Below are positions 63,869-64,000 of a stretch of 64,000 nucleotides of DNA, piece after piece (the first letter of the stretch is position 1; each line of letters starts with the position of its first letter). The notes beneath the pieces were generated by a model that ran no database searches, was not told where the DNA came from, and worked only from the letters and a program-made list of their open reading frames with translations. Location of the stretch: the IMG/VR virus record IMGVR_UViG_3300047172_000194, one strand, 5' to 3'. The position numbers and the translations under genes are program-made. The stretch is from an uncultured virus (IMG/VR IMGVR_UViG_3300047172_000194) (taxonomy: Duplodnaviria > Heunggongvirae > Uroviricota > Caudoviricetes).

Positions 63869-64000
63869 ATGGCACGCGGCGACCAAGCCGATTTCCTGTG
63901 GCGCCTCAAGGCCACGCTGCCGCCCTGGTTCGGCGAGCTCGCGTCCGATCCGGTCATCTCCGCCATCCTGTCGGGCCTCGCGTGGACGCAGGCGCAGTGC
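63869..64000 (+). CDS. Baseplate gpI-like protein, partial
   Basis: MARGDQADF..RLK..LPPWF directly after gpJ; runs off the window. Confidence 0.65.
   Translation, partial: MARGDQADFLWRLKATLPPWFGELASDPVISAILSGLAWTQAQC

Larger units (their letters stand above)
100..64000. mobile_element. Integrated prophage (contractile-tailed, temperate); continues past the window end; left boundary approximate
   Basis: Integrase next to tRNA 3' end, followed by repressor, replication, packaging, head, sheath/tube and baseplate modules. Confidence 0.95.

Overview
The window holds the left ~64 kb of a GC-rich temperate myovirus-type prophage integrated at the 3' end of a tRNA-Glu(TTC) gene. The host is probably an alphaproteobacterium (inferred from gene content). 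Gene order: tRNA/att, tyrosine integrase, excisionase and repressor (minus strand); then an intein-containing SF2 helicase, a second orphan tyrosine recombinase, a VRR-NUC nuclease and a Prim-Pol/helicase; then a ~27 kb accessory region bracketed by two copies of a ~300 bp palindromic origin-like element; then packaging, head, contractile tail and baseplate genes running off the right edge. No lysis genes or right att site are visible. The most unusual feature is a modular expression-cassette architecture in the accessory region. About 15 copies of a bipartite motif (GA[C/G]TTGCTAGG...GGTATC[C/G]T) show a non-sigma70 spacing of 21-22 bp. Many are followed by a covarying GGGG-loop hairpin, an RBS, a small ORF and a shared GGCCGC...GCGGCC terminator. 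Other notable items: a three-copy candidate late-promoter motif, two C5 methyltransferases each with a conserved out-of-frame overlapping ORF, two broken N-methyltransferases, a soluble FtsH-like protease, a tail-chaperone -1 frameshift and candidate defence morons. All calls come from manual motif reading, with no database searches.
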